Made by a program: the position numbers and the translations under genes. This document shows, in pieces, positions 58,575 through 64,000 of a DNA stretch of 64,000 nucleotides. Within the stretch, counting starts at the first letter, position 1; each line of letters begins with the position of its first letter. Under the pieces are notes generated by a model. The model did not search any database and was not told where the DNA came from. It saw only the letters and a program-made list of their open reading frames with translations. The stretch spans positions 118,297-182,296 of the forward strand of contig CAZCVI010000007.1 of NCBI GenBank assembly GCA_964502145.1, written 5' to 3'. Source of the stretch: an uncultured Clostridia bacterium. GTDB taxonomy: Bacteria > Acidobacteriota > Aminicenantia > UBA2199.

Positions 58575-59297
58575 TTAATCCCGTGCGTTGCGCAGGAGTT
58601 CTTTCATCCGCAGCACTGCTTTTTCCAGTCCCATGAAGGTGGCATTGGCGATGATGGAATGACCGATATTCAGTTCATCTATTCCGTCTAACCGTGCGAT
58701 AGGGATGACATTTTGATAGGTCAAGCCGTGACCGGCGAGAACCCTGAAATTCACCTTGCGGGCATAAATGACTGCTTTTTCGATTTTATCCAATTCGAGG
58801 CGGGCATAGTGGGTATTCCAATTTTTAGCGTATTGGCCGGTATTGATTTCAATGGTTTTGATGCCCAATTTGTAGCAGGCTTTAATCTGTTCGATATCGG
58901 GGTCGACAAAAACAGATACTTCGATACCAGCGGCATGAAGGTTACTGGCGACTTCTTCAACTTTGTCATTGTACACGACAACATCCAAACCACCACTGGT
59001 GGTCACTTCCTCGGCGCTTTCAGGGACAAGGGTGCAGGTATCGGGTTTATTTTTTAATGCCAGTTTGACCATTTCCATGGAAATGGCCATCTCAAGGTTC
59101 AAGCGGCTTTTAATCACGGCCCGGAGCAATTCTAAATCGCGGTCCTGAATATGACGCCGATCCTGCCGGATATGGATAGTAATACCATCGGCACCAGCCA
59201 ATTCCGCGAGGGCCGCAGCATATACGGGATCGGGTTCATTGGCCATGCGGGCTTGCCTCAAGGTTGCAATATGATCAATATTCACTCCCAATTTCAT
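58575..59297 (-). CDS. pdxJ: Pyridoxine 5'-phosphate synthase
   Basis: MKLGVNIDHIATLRQAR N-terminus. Start set at the ATG with AAGGAG 6 nt upstream. The track ORF begins 8 codons earlier. Confidence 0.9.
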   Translation of the reverse strand: MKLGVNIDHIATLRQARMANEPDPVYAAALAELAGADGITIHIRQDRRHIQDRDLELLRAVIKSRLNLEMAISMEMVKLALKNKPDTCTLVPESAEEVTTSGGLDVVVYNDKVEEVASNLHAAGIEVSVFVDPDIEQIKACYKLGIKTIEINTGQYAKNWNTHYARLELDKIEKAVIYARKVNFRVLAGHGLTYQNVIPIARLDGIDELNIGHSIIANATFMGLEKAVLRMKELLRNARD

Positions 59298-59349
59298 GTG
59301 TCTCTCCTTTATTTGCATCATTTCCTTTTGCTTTTATTTAACTTTTCTT

Positions 59350-60744
59350 TTATTTTCCTATGGCTGAACGAATGACCTGTTCAAACCGAGTCATATTTTC
59401 TTCGATGATGTGGGGATGTTGGGATTCCATCATGAGCCGTATTATCGGCTCAGTGCCAGAATAACGGATCAACAGCCGCGAATGGTCACGGTACTTCTCA
59501 TTAAAAGCAGTGCTCATCTGTTGGAGTTGTTCCCACTGCTGGAGGTCTTTCTTGTGGGTAATGGGGATATTTTTTATGACCTGGGGATACACTTTGAACT
59601 GTTCAATCACCTGGGAGGGATGGATATCCAGGGTAGCGAGTGCTTTGAGAAAGTAGAGCGCGGTGAGTAAACCATCGCCAGTGGGTTGAAAAGAGGGCAA
59701 CACGATATGACCGGATTGTTCACCACCGAGTATAGCGCCCCGCAGTTTTAATTCACTGGAGACGTATTTATCGCCGACTTCGGTTCTCAAAAATAGAATA
59801 CCCAGTTGTGCCAAGGCTTTTTCCAGTCCGAGATTTGCCATCACTGTGCCAACGACAAGCTTGGTATTATTAAAATCTTGACTGGTTTTTAAGAAATACG
59901 CGGCGAGGATATAAAGAATAAAATCACCATCCAGAAGATGCCCGTGGCTATCGACAAACAACACCCTGTCGCCATCACCGTCAAAGGCAATACCGATATC
60001 AGCATTTAAAGCCTGCACGGTTTGGGCCAATGAAGCGGTATGGGTAGAGCCGCAATGGAGATTAATATTGCGCCCATCTGGAGCGGCATGGGTGACGGTG
60101 AGGTGCGGAAATACTTCACGGAAAACACGGGGTGCAAGCTGAAATGTGGCACCATGGGCACAATCCAAGACGACTTTAAAACGGGCGCCAGGGATTCCCT
60201 GGGCGTGGGTGGCTAAAAACTGGTAGTACAACTGGTTGGTTTTGGCGGGGTCGGTAATAATGGCTGGTTCAATAGCTTGGACCGGTATTTGTTCAGCTTC
60301 ACACGGGTTAAAGAAGATATGCTCCAACTCTTGTTCCATGGTATTGGAAATCTTCTCACCCCTGGAATTGAATATTTTGATACCATTGTCAGTATAGGGA
60401 TTATGGGAAGCAGTGATCATAATGCCATAATCAAAATCGCCATTACGGGTGACGAAGGACAAACCGGGGGTGGGGATCACACTGCAACTGTAAATTTCGG
60501 TTTGAGCTGCTTGTTGAAGAATACCGGTGGTCAGGAGCCGCTCTATAGAAGAACCGGAGCTACGTGTATCACGACCAATTACAATGCGACACGGTTTAGG
60601 GGCGGCGTGGAGATACTGGCCGATGGTCGTACCAAGTTTTAAAATGGAAGGATCATCGAAAGGGAACTGACCCACAAGACCACGAATCCCATCGGTGCCA
60701 AATAATTTTTGCCCTTTATCCTTCATTTTTTTGTTGATTTTCAC
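59350..60744 (-). CDS. glmM: Phosphoglucosamine mutase
   Basis: FGTDGIRG. Phosphoserine loop TASHNPYTDNGIKIF. GTG start per the track. ATG 60726 is an alternative. Confidence 0.9.
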   Translation of the reverse strand: MKINKKMKDKGQKLFGTDGIRGLVGQFPFDDPSILKLGTTIGQYLHAAPKPCRIVIGRDTRSSGSSIERLLTTGILQQAAQTEIYSCSVIPTPGLSFVTRNGDFDYGIMITASHNPYTDNGIKIFNSRGEKISNTMEQELEHIFFNPCEAEQIPVQAIEPAIITDPAKTNQLYYQFLATHAQGIPGARFKVVLDCAHGATFQLAPRVFREVFPHLTVTHAAPDGRNINLHCGSTHTASLAQTVQALNADIGIAFDGDGDRVLFVDSHGHLLDGDFILYILAAYFLKTSQDFNNTKLVVGTVMANLGLEKALAQLGILFLRTEVGDKYVSSELKLRGAILGGEQSGHIVLPSFQPTGDGLLTALYFLKALATLDIHPSQVIEQFKVYPQVIKNIPITHKKDLQQWEQLQQMSTAFNEKYRDHSRLLIRYSGTEPIIRLMMESQHPHIIEENMTRFEQVIRSAIGK

Positions 60745-61423
60745 TGTTGGCTGTCCCTTCTTTTATTTTATTCCCGACTTGGAGATGGATTTCAATGGTA
60801 TCGGCATCATCGAATTTTAAGATATCCTTGCTTTTTTTAAGGGGGAGGCGAATAACACAGCTTTCATTGATAGTGGTTAAATCTACCCAATCGACGACTT
60901 CTACAAAGGAAATTTCTTCGATTTGAGACTTATACCCGAAGATGCGCACTTTTTCTGGTACGATCTGGCGATCCTGAAGAACGATGCCGGGTTTGAGTTC
61001 TCCTTTGTACCGGACCCGTACTGGCACTTCGCGGCTGACAAACTCCTTGACGATGATTTCAATCATGCGGGGATGAATGGATACGAGCTTCACGCCAGCG
61101 GGGTATTGAAGATAATCCTCGGTGAAATAGTTGAGTCTGGTCCCCTCAGTGACATCTTTTAAGTCGATCTTGATCTTAAAATCGGCATCGGCGAGTTTTC
61201 CCAGTTCTTTGGAGGTGCCGCGGATGGTTAAGCGGGCTTTTTCGGGGCGGACACTGCTGACATCAATATTTCCGGCCACATTGAAGTACTCGACATTCAC
61301 ATCGATAGTCCGTTCGGAATTGGAACGTTCTTTCCCGGAAATCATTGCCCATGCGAGCAACGCCAAGAAAAGCGCGGTGACTTTTAATCCGAAATTGTTA
61401 AAAACCAGTTTCTTTATATTCAT
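60716..61423 (-). CDS. cdaR: YbbR-domain protein (CdaR-like regulator of diadenylate cyclase)
   Basis: N-terminal TM anchor followed by YbbR-like beta repeats. It sits in the conserved position between cdaA and glmM. Confidence 0.75.
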   Translation of the reverse strand: MNIKKLVFNNFGLKVTALFLALLAWAMISGKERSNSERTIDVNVEYFNVAGNIDVSSVRPEKARLTIRGTSKELGKLADADFKIKIDLKDVTEGTRLNYFTEDYLQYPAGVKLVSIHPRMIEIIVKEFVSREVPVRVRYKGELKPGIVLQDRQIVPEKVRIFGYKSQIEEISFVEVVDWVDLTTINESCVIRLPLKKSKDILKFDDADTIEIHLQVGNKIKEGTANSENQQKNEG

Positions 61424-61441
61424 TACGACCTGTTATCCCTA

Positions 61442-61608
61442 CCTGAATCCACTGCCAAATTTCTGAAATCGTTGTGGACGATATGGACGATATGGACTTA
61501 GTGGACGATATGGACAAAAAAATGCTTTTGTTTTTGCTCCACATCGTCCACTAAGTCCACTCTGTCCATGTCGTCCATGTTTTTTCACGAATCTGGCGGT
61601 GAATCCAG
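61442..61608 (+). mobile_element. Hairpin element H5 inserted in the cdaA-cdaR intergenic region
   Basis: CCTGAATCCACTGCCAAAT...(GATATGGAC)n...loop...GTCCAT repeats...TGGCGGTGAATCCAGG. Confidence 0.75.
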
Positions 61609-61696
61609 GCCTAATACATTATACAAAACATTATACAAAACATATATATCATATATATATGGTATGATATAAATCATCTATTTGATATCCTGAACC

Positions 61697-62455
61697 TTAT
61701 ACATTGTAATGCAGCAAGCGATTTTTGAGTCCTTCGCGGTCCAGACCACGGGTGAGTTCACCGTTCACGGCCAGAGAAATCTTCCCGGTTTCCTCGGATA
61801 CGACAATGGCAATACAATCGGTTTGCTGGGTAATCCCGATAGCGGCGAGATGGCGGGTTCCGCCTGGGCTGAGTTCGAGCATGGGGGGCAATTGAAAAAA
61901 ACAACGCGCCACTTCAATCCGGTCCTTGCTAATCACCACGGCCCCATCGTGCAGGGGTGAACTGGGCGTAAAGATGGTTAGCAAGAGGTCTTTATCGACG
62001 ATAGCATCAATTTTTACGGGTTTGTTGACATAGTTTTTTACTTTGATTTCCCGTTCTATAGCTATAATGGCGCCCACCCTGGACAGGCTGAGCGCCACAA
62101 CGGTATTGATGATCTCATCCTTGACCTCGGATTTCTCGGTTAACGAGTAACGGGTTTTTAATTTACTGCCAATCTCGGACAGAATCTCCCGCAACTCATC
62201 TTGAAACAACACGATGATAGCAAAAATAAGGTAGGTTAAAAAGTTGTTCAGGATAAAGGAAAAGGCATTCAATTTCAACAGGCTGGAAATTAAGGCCACT
62301 ATACCGATAGACATTAAACCCACTGCCATTTGGTAAGACTTGGTGCCCTTGATCAGCAGCAATAAATAGTAGAATAACAAGAAGAGAAAAAATATATCAA
62401 TCACATCGGTAATGCTGAAAGAGGAAAACGCATTAAAAATGTAATCGCTAATCAT
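61697..62455 (-). CDS. cdaA: Diadenylate cyclase CdaA (membrane-anchored DAC domain)
   Basis: Three N-terminal TM helices. DAC motifs DGA and GTRHLAA. 4-nt overlap with ftsH. Confidence 0.9.
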   Translation of the reverse strand: MISDYIFNAFSSFSITDVIDIFFLFLLFYYLLLLIKGTKSYQMAVGLMSIGIVALISSLLKLNAFSFILNNFLTYLIFAIIVLFQDELREILSEIGSKLKTRYSLTEKSEVKDEIINTVVALSLSRVGAIIAIEREIKVKNYVNKPVKIDAIVDKDLLLTIFTPSSPLHDGAVVISKDRIEVARCFFQLPPMLELSPGGTRHLAAIGITQQTDCIAIVVSEETGKISLAVNGELTRGLDREGLKNRLLHYNV

Positions 62456-64000
62456 TTATTCTCGCCACGATCGGATGGATGCTGTTTATTTTGGCCAGTG
62501 GTCCCAGTTTGGGCTTCACCTTCCAATTCGATTTCGTCATCATCTTCTTCTTCTTTTGCATTGGTAGGGGTAGTATTTTTATTGGCTTTTTCTTCATCAT
62601 CAAGAGGCTTGAGTGGGATGTCAGCAATGATATCGTGTATCTCATCGGCAGAGAGGGATTCCCTTTCGAGTAGATAATTGGCGATTCGTTCTAGTTTATC
62701 CTTGTTTTCCAAGATGGTTTGTTTGGTGCTCTGGTAGGCGGTGGTGATGAGATTAAATACGGCATCGTCGATTTTTCTGGCGGTTTCCTCGGAGTATTCG
62801 GTATGGTGCATCATGTCCCTGCCCAGAAAGATCATCTCTTCTTTTTGTCCGAGCCGAATCGGGCCCAAGGTGGACATACCCCATTCACAAACCATTTGTC
62901 TGGCAATGGCAGTAGCTTTATCAAAGTCGTTACCAGCACCGGAAGTGATAGTATTGAGGAAGATTTCCTCGGAAATACGACCGGCTAAAAGCACGCGAAT
63001 CTTGGCTTCCAGATATATTTTGGAATAGGAGTACTTATCGTTCATAGGAAGTTGTTGGGTGACTCCCAGTGCCATACCGCGAGGAATGATGGATACTTTA
63101 TGGATGGGGTCTGTATCATTATCGAGCACAGCTATCAGGGCATGACCGGCCTCGTGGAAAGCGGTTATTCTTTTTTCTTCGTCGGAGATGATCATGCTAC
63201 GTCTTTCAGCTCCCATCAATACTTTATCCTTGGCGAATTCAAAATCTTTCATATCAATTTTTTTCTTGCCTTTTCGGGACGCAAAGAGAGCGGCTTCATT
63301 GACCATATTAGCGATATCAGCACCGGTGAAGCCAGGTGTGGAACGGGCCAGTATTTTTAGGTCAACACTATTGGCCAGGGGGACTTTGACGGTATGCACT
63401 TTAAAAATTTCTTCTCTGCCTTTGACATCGGGAGCGGAGACGGTAATGCGGCGGTCAAATCGGCCAGCGCGCAGGAGGGCGGAATCAAGGATATCGGGGC
63501 GGTTGGTAGCGGCAATAATGATGATCCCGACATTGGTATCAAAACCGTCCATTTCAACCAGGAGGGCATTGAGGGTTTGTTCTCGTTCATCATGACCACC
63601 CCCCATACCTGCACCACGTTGACGGCCAACAGCGTCAATCTCGTCAATAAAGATCAGGCAGGGCGAGTGTTTTTTACCTTCTTCAAACAAGTCCCTGACC
63701 CGCGAGGCGCCAACACCGACAAAAAGTTCCACGAAATCGGAACCGGAAATAGAAAAGAAAGGCACTTTGGCTTCACCGGCAATCGCACGGGCCAGTAAGG
63801 TTTTACCTGTACCCGGTTGCCCGACCAGCAAAACACCTTTGGGAATACGTCCGCCCAAGCGTTGGAATTTCTTGGGCTCTTTTAAAAAGTCGATGATTTC
63901 TTGCAACTCTTCTTTGGCTTCATCAATGCCAGCGACATCTTTAAAGGTAACTTTCTCTTTCTCCCCGATGAACATGCGGGCTCGGCTTTTTCCAAAGGAG
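62452..64000 (-). CDS. ftsH: ATP-dependent zinc metalloprotease FtsH (N-terminal part lies outside the window)
   Basis: Walker [12 protein letters not shown] region. Zn-binding HEAGHAL. The ORF is open to the window end. Confidence 0.9.
   Translation of the reverse strand, partial: SFGKSRARMFIGEKEKVTFKDVAGIDEAKEELQEIIDFLKEPKKFQRLGGRIPKGVLLVGQPGTGKTLLARAIAGEAKVPFFSISGSDFVELFVGVGASRVRDLFEEGKKHSPCLIFIDEIDAVGRQRGAGMGGGHDEREQTLNALLVEMDGFDTNVGIIIIAATNRPDILDSALLRAGRFDRRITVSAPDVKGREEIFKVHTVKVPLANSVDLKILARSTPGFTGADIANMVNEAALFASRKGKKKIDMKDFEFAKDKVLMGAERRSMIISDEEKRITAFHEAGHALIAVLDNDTDPIHKVSIIPRGMALGVTQQLPMNDKYSYSKIYLEAKIRVLLAGRISEEIFLNTITSGAGNDFDKATAIARQMVCEWGMSTLGPIRLGQKEEMIFLGRDMMHHTEYSEETARKIDDAVFNLITTAYQSTKQTILENKDKLERIANYLLERESLSADEIHDIIADIPLKPLDDEEKANKNTTPTNAKEEEDDDEIELEGEAQTGTTGQNKQHPSDRGENK

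Overview
This is a 64 kb window from what looks like an uncultivated FCB-group-like bacterium (about 42% GC, with GWxTD proteins and a CarboxypepD_reg-type TonB receptor; the taxonomy is inferred). Housekeeping and envelope genes are as follows. There is a hybrid histidine kinase, an HpcH aldolase, a SerA-like dehydrogenase and an alpha-glucan phosphorylase. A pilMNOPQ type IV pilus cluster sits at 35–41 kb. Further downstream are a TonB-dependent receptor, tRNA-Phe, an M1 peptidase, pdxJ, glmM-cdaR-cdaA and a partial ftsH. These genes flank an accessory island at about 11.8–20.7 kb. The centrepiece of the island is a compact type II CBASS-like operon on the minus strand. It encodes a PD-(D/E)xK nuclease-fold effector, a cGAS/DncV-like nucleotidyltransferase, a Cap2 E2-E1 fusion and a Cap3 JAB peptidase. 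A DUF2188 gene lies just upstream in the same orientation. Homologous repeats of about 165 bp bracket this module. Next to it is a second module with two more PD-(D/E)xK-fold genes. The window also carries at least six copies of an unusual repeat. It is a MITE-like hairpin element whose arms are tandem 9-bp repeats, and all copies sit in the same orientation. One copy has truncated a TonB-receptor paralog. Another sits inside the cdaA-cdaR operon. A 61-bp tandem-repeat and palindrome element occurs as an inverted pair 40 kb apart. Two tandem giant paralogous surface proteins are present. A polypurine 21-bp tandem repeat lies upstream of a trypsin-like protease.
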